Below are positions 56,580-64,000 of a DNA stretch of 64,000 nucleotides, in pieces. Origin of the DNA: Candidatus Limnocylindrales bacterium (lineage in GTDB: Bacteria; Chloroflexota; Limnocylindria; Limnocylindrales; CSP1-4); NCBI GenBank assembly GCA_035692005.1, contig DASSII010000100.1, forward strand, positions 5,554 to 69,553, written 5' to 3'. The notes under the pieces were generated by a model that had not been told where the DNA came from, did no database searches, and saw only the letters and a list, made by a program, of their open reading frames with translations. Numbering within the stretch: the stretch's first letter is position 1; the number at the start of each line of letters is the position of its first letter. The position numbers and the translations under genes are program-made.

Positions 56580-56993
56580 TCAGATGAAGACCACTTGGCC
56601 GTCACCGGCGTTCAGGTAGAAGGCGGTGACCCCCTCCACGCCATCGACGAGGGGGTCGAGGTCGGACGGAGTCAGGCCGAGGAGGTCCATCGACAACGAA
56701 CACGCCTGGATGTCGACCGCCCCGACGTCCTTGGCCATGCGCAGTGTCTCGGCCCACGGTGCCTGACCCGCGCGGGCCAGCGCGTCGACCGCGGCCCGGC
56801 CCGCTTCGCCCGCCTCCGGGGCGAGCCCGTGATCGCGCAGGATCCGGTCCGATCGGAAGGCGTCGAGCGCCCAGTACTGCAGGAACAGGTTGACGGGCTT
56901 GCCGAGCGCGGCCGCACCCGCGGTCAGGACCGCGGCAGCCTGCAGCTTGTCATCGGTGCCCGAGAACATGACGAGATTGAGCGGCTCTGCCAT
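56580..56993 (-). CDS. DsrE/DsrF-like family protein (short form)
   Basis: ATG at 56993. Motifs LNLVMFSGTDDKLQAAAVLTAGAAALG...NLFLQYWAL...IQACSLSMDLLG are present. 137 aa. Confidence 0.6.
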   Translation of the reverse strand: MAEPLNLVMFSGTDDKLQAAAVLTAGAAALGKPVNLFLQYWALDAFRSDRILRDHGLAPEAGEAGRAAVDALARAGQAPWAETLRMAKDVGAVDIQACSLSMDLLGLTPSDLDPLVDGVEGVTAFYLNAGDGQVVFI

Positions 56994-57228
56994 CGATGCG
57001 CCCCTTTCCCCCGCAGGGTGCGCCGCGACGGGCGGCTCGGCAGCGGCCGAGCGGCCCCAATCGAACGGGTACAACGGCCCGCGGCCTCCCGGAGGCGGGC
57101 CGAACGGCCCGCGTGTTGGGGCCGGACGCCACGTCCGGTCAGGCCTGTCAGCCGCGAGGCTGGCGCTACACGGATGCGTGGTTCGGCGGCCCCCACAGGC
57201 CGCCCAAGGCAGGCACAGGAGCGCGGAG

Positions 57229-57666
57229 ATGACACCCGACGACGACCGGCACGCGGCGCCCACCAGCCGCACCGTCGGCGACCTGATGACCCTGGAGCCG
57301 GTCGTGATCCGGTCCGATGCCTCGCTGTCCGAGGCCGTCCAGCTGATGGACCTGCACGCCGTCGGCGGGCTGCCAGTCGTCGACGGCGCGGGCGATGTGG
57401 TCGGGGTCATCACCAAGACCGACCTGGTCAACGCGCGCGCCACCGAGTACCTGTGGGCGAACTGGGACGAGCTGGGCGTGCGCCACCTGATGACCAGTCC
57501 GCCGCTGACGATCCGGCGGTCGACGACCCTCGACGTCGCGACGCGCCGGATGGAACGCCACCATGTCCACCGCCTGGTCGTGGTGGCCGATGACGACCCC
57601 GCCCTGCCCATCGGCGTCATCACCACGACCGACCTCGTGCACGCGCTCGCCCAGGACACGCAGTGA
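57229..57666 (+). CDS. CBS-domain pair protein
   Basis: ATG at 57229 with an AGGAG-like Shine-Dalgarno. Two CBS repeats (VGDLMTLEPVVI...GLPVVDGAGDVVGVITKTDL; VRHLMTSPPLTI...RLVVVADDD...IGVITTTDL). Confidence 0.75.
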   Translation: MTPDDDRHAAPTSRTVGDLMTLEPVVIRSDASLSEAVQLMDLHAVGGLPVVDGAGDVVGVITKTDLVNARATEYLWANWDELGVRHLMTSPPLTIRRSTTLDVATRRMERHHVHRLVVVADDDPALPIGVITTTDLVHALAQDTQ

Positions 57667-57706
57667 ACGATCGTCGCCGGGCGAGCTGCGTCGAGGGCCC
57701 CTCCTG

Positions 57707-57949
57707 ATGTGCCTCACCTACCCCGGTCTGGTGTTGTCGGTCGGCGACGGCGAAGCCGTCGTCCGGACGGAGGGTCGACAGCGCCGGGCCACCACCCTTG
57801 TCGTTCCGGATGTCGCGGTCGGTGACTGGGTCATCGTCGCGGCCGGTTCCATCGTCACGCGTCTCGACCCGGCCGAAGCGGCCGAGATCCGAGGCTTGAT
57901 CGAGATCGCGGACGGCCACGGAGGATCACCCGATGTCCACGCTCCCTGA
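57707..57949 (+). CDS. hypC: Hydrogenase assembly chaperone HypC/HupF
   Basis: ATG at 57707 gives the hallmark N-terminus MCLTYPG (essential Cys2). It is followed by ...VGDWVIVAAGSIV. 80 aa. Confidence 0.8.
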   Translation: MCLTYPGLVLSVGDGEAVVRTEGRQRRATTLVVPDVAVGDWVIVAAGSIVTRLDPAEAAEIRGLIEIADGHGGSPDVHAP

Positions 57950-58892
57950 CCCGCGTCGCGCCGCCCGGCTCGTGCCCCCGTCGACGGTCGGGGCCGGGCT
58001 CCTGCTGGCCGGCGCCACCGCCCTCATCAGCGGGCTGTCCGTCTTCGTCAACGCGTCCGCGGTGAAGGCCGTGCCGGATCCGGCCGTGTTCACGACGCTC
58101 AAGAACGCCGTCGCCGCGATCGTCCTGCTCGGGCTCGCCACTGCGGTCGTCCGGCCGTCCGACATCGGCGCCATCGGTCGCCGCGATTGGGGCTGGCTGA
58201 CCGCCATCGGCGTGATCGGCGGCGGTATCCCGTTCCTGCTGTTCTTCTCGGGCCTGGCCATGGCCAGCGCCCCATCGGCCGCGTTCATCCACAAGACGAT
58301 GTTCATCTGGGTCGCCCTGATGGCCGGCCCGGTCCTCGGCGAGCGGCTCGGCCTGGCGCCGATCGCCGCCCTCGGGGTGCTGCTCGTCGGCCAGGCGTTG
58401 ATCCTGCCGCCGCTCGGCATCGCCTGGGGCCTCGGCGAGACCCTCATCGCGCTGGCCACGCTGCTGTGGGCCGTCGAGGTCATCATCGCCCGGCGCGTGC
58501 TCGGGCGCGTCCGTTCGCCGATCGTCGGCGTCGCCCGGCTCGGCATCGGGCTCATCGTGCTGGTCGGCTACCTCGTCGTGAGCGGTCGTCTGGCCGGCAT
58601 CGCAACGCTCGATGGCGCGGCCTGGGCCTGGGTGGTCATCACCGGCGGCCTGCTGTCCGGCTATGTCGCGACGTGGTTGGCCGCCCTCCGCCGGGCCCCG
58701 GCCAGTCAGGTGAGCGCCATGCTCGTCCTCGGTGCGGTCATCACCGGCCTGCTCACGACGGTCAGCAAGGGCGTGCTGCCTGACACCACGATCGTGGGTG
58801 GCTACGCGCTCATCGCGCTGGCCGTCGCCGCCATCGCCTGGATCGGGCTGCGCCGGGCGGCCATCGGCCGTCCCGCGCCCCAGGCGACCTGA
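57933..58892 (+). CDS. EamA/DMT-superfamily transporter
   Basis: 319 aa. 10-TM pattern with two EamA-like halves. Overlaps hypC by 17 nt. Confidence 0.75.
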   Translation: MSTLPDPRRAARLVPPSTVGAGLLLAGATALISGLSVFVNASAVKAVPDPAVFTTLKNAVAAIVLLGLATAVVRPSDIGAIGRRDWGWLTAIGVIGGGIPFLLFFSGLAMASAPSAAFIHKTMFIWVALMAGPVLGERLGLAPIAALGVLLVGQALILPPLGIAWGLGETLIALATLLWAVEVIIARRVLGRVRSPIVGVARLGIGLIVLVGYLVVSGRLAGIATLDGAAWAWVVITGGLLSGYVATWLAALRRAPASQVSAMLVLGAVITGLLTTVSKGVLPDTTIVGGYALIALAVAAIAWIGLRRAAIGRPAPQAT

Positions 58893-58906
58893 GCCCGCCA
58901 CAGGCC

Positions 58907-59725
58907 ATGTCCACCTCGCTGCCGCCAGCGGTCACGACGAGCCGGCCATCGCGCCGGGACCGGCGAGTCGAGGCGCCGCTGGCGCCGGTGGCGCCGTCCG
59001 GCCCGGTCCTGTTCGCCCGCTACGCGTATGGGCCCAACCGGTTCGGCTACTGCGGTCCCGACGATGCCGACGAACTGCTGGAGGCGGGCGCGGCGCAGCA
59101 GGACCGGGCCCTGCGCGCGCTCGCCACGCAGTTCGAAGGGGCCTTCCCGTACCTCGCCCTCATTGCCCGCTCGAACGACATCGCCGATCCGCTCGATGCT
59201 CGCGTCGTGGAGGCCTACTGGCTCGGCAACGAGCTGCTCGCCGCGATCCCGGCCGGATCCTTCGGCGCGTCGCTCGACGAACGGTTCCGGAGTCGCGTCC
59301 GCACGGACGCGTGGCGCTGGCTCGCCACCAAGCCTGCGGCCGGCGCCCGACCCGTGCACGCCTTCCACGTCTTCGACGTGTTCCCGCGGGTCGGGCTGAT
59401 CCGGGGCGGCGCCGTCGACGACATCGTCGGGACGATCGATTCGTGCCGCATCCGCTGGGGCCGGGTGCTGGAGCGGATCGGCGAGGAGCTCGTCGTCTCG
59501 GCTCCGCGGCTCGACCTCGTCGACGGTCGACTGCGGCTCGGTCGCGCACGGCCAGAGCGCGTGCGCGCGTGGCGCGACGCGACGGGCTTCATCGATGCCC
59601 CTCGACCCGGCGATATCGTGTCGATCCACTGGTCATGGGCGTGCGACCGCCTGGACGGCCGCCAGCTCGGCAACCTGGTCGCCTGGACCGCACGGCAGCT
59701 GGACATCGCGAACCAGACGATCTGA
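58907..59725 (+). CDS. Conserved-looking hypothetical protein (272 aa)
   Basis: Non-repetitive sequence (FARYAYGPNRFGYCGPDD..., VVEAYWLGNELL, HAFHVFDVFP). I cannot assign a family from memory. Sits 14 nt after the EamA gene. Confidence 0.5.
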   Translation: MSTSLPPAVTTSRPSRRDRRVEAPLAPVAPSGPVLFARYAYGPNRFGYCGPDDADELLEAGAAQQDRALRALATQFEGAFPYLALIARSNDIADPLDARVVEAYWLGNELLAAIPAGSFGASLDERFRSRVRTDAWRWLATKPAAGARPVHAFHVFDVFPRVGLIRGGAVDDIVGTIDSCRIRWGRVLERIGEELVVSAPRLDLVDGRLRLGRARPERVRAWRDATGFIDAPRPGDIVSIHWSWACDRLDGRQLGNLVAWTARQLDIANQTI

Positions 59726-59778
59726 CGCAGCTCCGAGCCTGACGGCGTCGCCGCCGCGGCAGCCCCTGAGGATCGGTG

Positions 59779-61029
59779 TCAGGCGACGGGTTCGCGACCG
59801 CCCTGCCGCGGCACCATCGACACGGCCAGCAGCAGGACGGTGGCCCCGGTCGCGAGCCCGCTGAGGGCGCCCCCGACCAGGACGAGCGTGTCCTGCCCGA
59901 GCGGGACCCCGATGGCGAGGGCGACGACGCCGGCCTCGAAGCCGACGACCCGCAGCCACGCGCCGCGCCCGAGCAGCCCGCGAGCGCGCCGCCGCGATGA
60001 TCCGTCCCCGGGTCCGATGGTCGGCACCAGATGGGCCGCGGCACCGAGCACCGCCTGGAGGACCGTCCCGACGGCGAGCGGCACGCCGACGACCGCGAGC
60101 GACCAGCCGGCCGGGCTCGCACCGGCGCCGATGACCAGTCCCGCGGCGGCCCACACGCCCGCCGCGAACCACGCCGAAGACGCCACCAGCGACCAGGTCG
60201 TGAACGCGTGCCAGCCGGGATCGGTCGTCCAGCGACCGCGGGTCGGCTGGCGGGCAGCCTTGGCCACGTAGGCCGGGACGGCCGCAGCGCCGACGATCGC
60301 CAGCAGGGCACCGGCCCGCGCCAGCGGATCCGCTTCGATCGCGAAGCCAGCAGCCACCGCGCCGACCCCGGCCGCCAGGCCACCGATCGCGACCCACGCG
60401 GTCCGCCCCTCCACGATCCGGGCCCCGAGCACGGTCGGTACCAGGTGGATATACGTCCCGGCGATCGTCAGGCCGACGAAGCCGATCAGGTTGAGCCAGG
60501 CATGGACCGGCTTGAGGACGGCCCATCGCTCGGTGACCGGCGCGAACGTGTGGAGCATCCCGGTGACGAGGGTGACCCCGGCGATGACGAAGGCGATGCC
60601 GACGAGGTAGGCCACCAGGACCGGCCAGCGCTTCGGTCCGAGCGCGCGGCGCATCGGTCCCACGGTCACCGCCGCCAGGCCGATGAGCCCGAGCAGGTAG
60701 ACACCTGCCCCGACGAGCGACGCGGCGCGGGCCGCGACCGGCACTGCCAGCGCGATGGTGAGCGCGCCGACCGCCAAGGCCACGATGACCGCGCCCCGGG
60801 CGACGGGACGAGCGGGCGGCGCCGCCGCCAGGGCTGCCGTGAAGAACGGCATGACCGCGCCGATGGCCACCCCCGCGCCGCCGGTGAGCAGCAGGTGGAG
60901 GGCCATCCACGGTCCCCGCCCCAGCACCACCGCCGCGACGGCGCCGACGACGAAGGCCAGGGCCAGTGCGACCCCGGCCGCGGTCAGCCGCCGATCGGCA
61001 TCGCGCCGGATCGGCTGACGCCCCGACAA
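59779..61029 (-). CDS. Polytopic membrane protein, possibly NnrS-like
   Basis: About 12 hydrophobic segments. HAWLNLIGFVGLTIAGTYIHLVPT resembles the NnrS H-A-x3-L-x-G-F-x4-I-A-G...VP pattern as I recall it. The start is uncertain: TTG at 61029 or ATG at 60906. It lies directly downstream of nirK. Confidence 0.4.
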   Translation of the reverse strand: MSGRQPIRRDADRRLTAAGVALALAFVVGAVAAVVLGRGPWMALHLLLTGGAGVAIGAVMPFFTAALAAAPPARPVARGAVIVALAVGALTIALAVPVAARAASLVGAGVYLLGLIGLAAVTVGPMRRALGPKRWPVLVAYLVGIAFVIAGVTLVTGMLHTFAPVTERWAVLKPVHAWLNLIGFVGLTIAGTYIHLVPTVLGARIVEGRTAWVAIGGLAAGVGAVAAGFAIEADPLARAGALLAIVGAAAVPAYVAKAARQPTRGRWTTDPGWHAFTTWSLVASSAWFAAGVWAAAGLVIGAGASPAGWSLAVVGVPLAVGTVLQAVLGAAAHLVPTIGPGDGSSRRRARGLLGRGAWLRVVGFEAGVVALAIGVPLGQDTLVLVGGALSGLATGATVLLLAVSMVPRQGGREPVA

Positions 61030-61105
61030 CGCGGGTACCCCGGCGGAGGAGGCTCCGCCGGGGTGGGGCTGACCGAGGATCGGGAGGGGGCGACCCACCC
61101 CCGGT

Positions 61106-62512
61106 TCAGTTGGTCGGATCGCCGTCGCCTGCCTGGACGATGCCCAGGGCGCCGCGTCCGACGAAGTTGAAGGCGTGGGTGACCATCGGATACTTGCCGT
61201 CCTCGGCGGTCGTGAACTCGACGATGCCACCCTGTGCCGGCGAGAGATCCATGGCCTGCGAGCCCCAGTTGCCCGGGTTGCCCTTGGCCAGGTGGATGCC
61301 TTCCTTGATGACGGTGTCGAAGATCGTGCCGACGATGTGGAACGAGCTGTCGATGCTGGGTCCTGCGTCAAGGACGAAGATCCGGTTGGTCTCGCCGGTG
61401 CCGACCTGGAGGGGCGCGTTCTGGTACTGGTTGGCGACGCCGTTGAAGACGACGAAGTCGGGAGCCGGCGCGCCGGCGGCCGCCTTGGTCAGGTCGGATG
61501 GCTGGCCCTGCGGCCCGAGATACCACTCGCTCTGGACGATGGCGAACTCGTTGTCGACCTTGGGCAGGCCCTCGGCCGGCTCGACGATGACCATGCCGTA
61601 CATGCCGTTGGCGATGTGATGCAGCGTCGGCGCGGTGCCGCAGTGATACATCCACACCCCGGCATAGTCGGCCGTCCACTCGTACAGCAGTTCCTCGCCG
61701 GGGGCGATCGAGCGCATCTCGTCGTTCCATGCCACCTGGCTCGCGTGGAAGTCGATCGAGTGCGACAGCTTGTTCTCGGGTGGGTTCTTGAGGTGGACCC
61801 GGATGGTGTCGCCGACCTTGACCCGGATGACCGGCCCCGGGACGGTGCCACCGAAGGTCCAGACCTGCTGGACGAAGCCCTCGGCCACGGTCATGGTCTG
61901 CTCGGTCATCACGAGGTCGATGTCGTGGACCTTGCCGGGCAACAGCGCCGGGGCCTTCGGGTCGTAGACGACCGGGGCGGGCGCGTTGGGGTCGGCCTCG
62001 ACCGTCGTGGCCGGCGCCGGCCCGCCGTGGCTGTTGGGATCCGGACTCGCGACGGCGGTCCCGGCGACCTTGACCTCACCGGTCATGCCCGCGGCCGCAT
62101 GGCCGGGGATCGAGCACAGGAAGGTCGTCCCGCCGGCCGGGATGTCGACGTCGAGCGTCACGGTCTGGCCGGGGTCGGCGAGCACGAGCTCCCCGTTCGG
62201 GAAGCTGATGTCGTGCGGGATGGCCCCGGTGTTGACGAGCTTCACCTGGTAGCGTCCGGCCGCCGGGACCTCGAGGGTCTTGGGCTTGAAGCCCAGGTCG
62301 AACGCCTCGATGTCGAGCGTGCCTCCGGCCGCAGCCGGGGCGGATGCGGCCGGTCCGGATGCGGCCGGTCCCGACGGCGCCGTCGACGGCGAGGCGGCCG
62401 GAGCCGCGCCACCGCTGGCCGCCGGCGGATAGGTCCAACCCGGGGCCTTGCCCGCAGCACACGCACCCAGGGCAAGACTCGCCCCGAGCAGCAGGATGAT
62501 CATTCGACGCAT
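61106..62512 (-). CDS. nirK: Copper-containing nitrite reductase with an N-terminal extra cupredoxin domain; lipoprotein
   Basis: ATG at 62512 with a GAAGGAG Shine-Dalgarno. Lipobox LGASLALGAC. Extra type-1 Cu domain (IPHDISF...FLCSIPGHAAAGM). NirK core motifs HSIDFHA and YHCGTAPTLHHIANGMYG. Confidence 0.85.
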   Translation of the reverse strand: MRRMIILLLGASLALGACAAGKAPGWTYPPAASGGAAPAASPSTAPSGPAASGPAASAPAAAGGTLDIEAFDLGFKPKTLEVPAAGRYQVKLVNTGAIPHDISFPNGELVLADPGQTVTLDVDIPAGGTTFLCSIPGHAAAGMTGEVKVAGTAVASPDPNSHGGPAPATTVEADPNAPAPVVYDPKAPALLPGKVHDIDLVMTEQTMTVAEGFVQQVWTFGGTVPGPVIRVKVGDTIRVHLKNPPENKLSHSIDFHASQVAWNDEMRSIAPGEELLYEWTADYAGVWMYHCGTAPTLHHIANGMYGMVIVEPAEGLPKVDNEFAIVQSEWYLGPQGQPSDLTKAAAGAPAPDFVVFNGVANQYQNAPLQVGTGETNRIFVLDAGPSIDSSFHIVGTIFDTVIKEGIHLAKGNPGNWGSQAMDLSPAQGGIVEFTTAEDGKYPMVTHAFNFVGRGALGIVQAGDGDPTN

Positions 62513-62590
62513 CGTCGTGGGCTCCTTCAACAAACACATACGGTAGCGGTCATGGTTACGGCCTGCGAAGCCGCTCGACAGGGCCATGAG

Positions 62591-63070
62591 TCACCTTCTG
62601 TTCGGGACCGTCGGGACCATCGGGACCATCGGCCCCTCGGCGCGTCCGGCAGGATCAGGCTCCTCGGGGAGGGCCACGTCGGCGAGGGTCGCCCCGGACA
62701 GCCGATCGAGCATCGCCGCCTGGGCATCCCGGAACACGCCGTGCGCCGAGCAGTATCCGTCGCGACCGCATGGCCCGCCGCGCAACACGCAGCTCGTGCG
62801 GCGGCTGTCACCCTCGACGGCCTCGATGACCTCGAGCAGGCTGATGGCCTCGCGTCGACGGGCCAGCAGGTAGCCCCCGGTCCGCCCGGTCCACGACACC
62901 ACCAGGCCAGCCCGGACGAGGGCCGCCATGACCTGCGGCAGGAACGCGACCGGGATGTCCATCAGGGTCGCGATCTCGCGGACGCTCGTCGGTCGCTCGC
63001 GGCCCGGCTGGGCCAGGGCGAGCATCGCCCGGACGGCGTAGTCGCCGCGGCGGGTCAGTTCGAGACGCAT
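62591..63070 (-). CDS. Rrf2-family transcriptional regulator (NsrR/IscR-like, Cys-containing)
   Basis: N-terminal wHTH MRLELTRRGDYAVRAMLAL. Cys cluster CVLRGGPCGRDGYC. C-terminal P/V-rich tail. Confidence 0.8.
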   Translation of the reverse strand: MRLELTRRGDYAVRAMLALAQPGRERPTSVREIATLMDIPVAFLPQVMAALVRAGLVVSWTGRTGGYLLARRREAISLLEVIEAVEGDSRRTSCVLRGGPCGRDGYCSAHGVFRDAQAAMLDRLSGATLADVALPEEPDPAGRAEGPMVPMVPTVPNRR

Positions 63071-63115
63071 GCACGGCTCCCGGCGAATGATCGCTGTCGA
63101 CGCTTCGAGCGCCGC

Positions 63116-64000
63116 TCAGATGCCCGGCAGCTGGCAGATCAGGGCGCTCGAGCCGGCGGCTCGGGCCGCGCGGGCGACCGGCGACGTCGCCGCGACGGGC
63201 CCGCTCGTCGGGGCGACGCCGGCGCTGGGATCCTGGACGACCAGGGCCGTGACCATGCCGAACATGCCGTCCGCCCCCTCGGCGTGCTGGAGGATGTGGC
63301 AATGGAACGCCCACGCCCCCGGCTCGTCGCAGTCGACCACGACGTCCCAGCGTTCGCCCGGGTTGACGCCGAGCGTGTCACAGGTGAACGCGGCTGACCC
63401 GAGCGCGTGCCCGTCGCGCGCGACCACCCGCATCGGCATCCCGTGGAGATGCCACGGATGCATCATGTTGCCCTCGTTCATGAACCGGATCGCGATCGTA
63501 TCGCCGAGCGCGGCCACGATCGGCGAGGTCGCCGGGAAGCCGCGTCCGTTGATGGTGAATCCGCCCAGCGCATCGTTGCTGATCCAGACGATGTCCTGGC
63601 TGACGCCGTACAGCTTGTCGTAGCGCTGGGCCGGGTCCCTTGGCTCGACGATGAATGCGCCGAGCAGGCCCCGTCCGACCTGGTCGGTCGCATTGTGGTG
63701 CGAGTGGTACATGTGCGATCCGGCGGCGCGCGCGGTGAACTCGTAGGTGAAGCTGGCCCCTGGCTGGATCGGATCCTGGGTGATGAGCGGCACGCCATCC
63801 ATGTTGTTCGGCAGCCGCTGCCCGTGGAAGTGGATCCCGGTCGATTCCGACATGTTGTTCTTGAACGTCACCCGGACGCGATCACCCTCCACCACCGTCA
63901 GCCGCGGTCCGGGCCACGTCCCGTTGAACCCGAGTGCCTGGACGGGATCCTTCTGCGCGTCGATGCGGTGATCCATCTCCTCGATGGTCAGGTCGAACAC
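63116..64000 (-). CDS. Multicopper oxidase; 5' end outside window
   Basis: Copper-site motifs HFHG, HSHHN, HPWHLHG and HCHILQHAEGADGMFG are present. The ORF is open to the window edge. Confidence 0.8.
   Translation of the reverse strand: MFDLTIEEMDHRIDAQKDPVQALGFNGTWPGPRLTVVEGDRVRVTFKNNMSESTGIHFHGQRLPNNMDGVPLITQDPIQPGASFTYEFTARAAGSHMYHSHHNATDQVGRGLLGAFIVEPRDPAQRYDKLYGVSQDIVWISNDALGGFTINGRGFPATSPIVAALGDTIAIRFMNEGNMMHPWHLHGMPMRVVARDGHALGSAAFTCDTLGVNPGERWDVVVDCDEPGAWAFHCHILQHAEGADGMFGMVTALVVQDPSAGVAPTSGPVAATSPVARAARAAGSSALICQLPGI

Noticed and set aside
62513-62590. Expected NsrR/Rrf2 operator in the nirK promoter
   Set aside because: The region is relatively AT-rich and contains TACGG twice, but I could not identify a convincing inverted repeat resembling known NsrR sites. 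I left it unannotated.

Overview
This is a gene-dense, very GC-rich bacterial chromosomal segment (GC judged by eye, not computed). I can support about 70 protein genes and one tRNA. I saw no rRNA, CRISPR array, transposase or integrase. Most very long ORFs in the track (R/G/A/P-rich, antisense or frame-shifted relative to recognisable genes) are stop-codon-poor artefacts. Many real genes also start well inside their listed ORF, often at GTG, and I re-derived those starts by hand. Left half (1-31.7 kb): polyamine-type ABC transporter genes, a Rieske oxygenase/GcvT-family pair, a beta-CASP MBL hydrolase, a fused CtaA-CtaB haem A/O synthase, and pyrimidine genes split into two minus-strand blocks (pyrK-pyrD-pyrE and pyrR-pyrB-pyrC-tdk). 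It also holds an orphan ParA plus a degenerate GGDEF protein, an ECF sigma/anti-sigma pair, lipB and a cupin-fused class III cyclase. Centre: a roughly 360-bp array of GATGCC-N5-GGCATC hairpins lies upstream of a promoter and tRNA-Gly(CCC). Right half (35-64 kb): a stress/hypoxia-style island with phosphoketolase-acetate kinase-MFS, four USP-domain genes, flavodoxin, a P-type ATPase and hemerythrin. It is followed by a group-3b-type [NiFe]-hydrogenase operon led by a Cys4 mini-protein and an output-less cNMP-binding protein. That operon lies next to an SQR-like flavoprotein with two TusA-DsrE pairs, a lone hypC and a NirK/Rrf2/NnrS-like/multicopper-oxidase cluster. The hydrogenase plus sulfur-relay neighbourhood is my best candidate for an undescribed functional module. 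The taxon is probably a high-GC Terrabacteria lineage (Actinomycetota-like), but that is inference only. All family calls rest on motifs I recognise in the translations; no database search was run.
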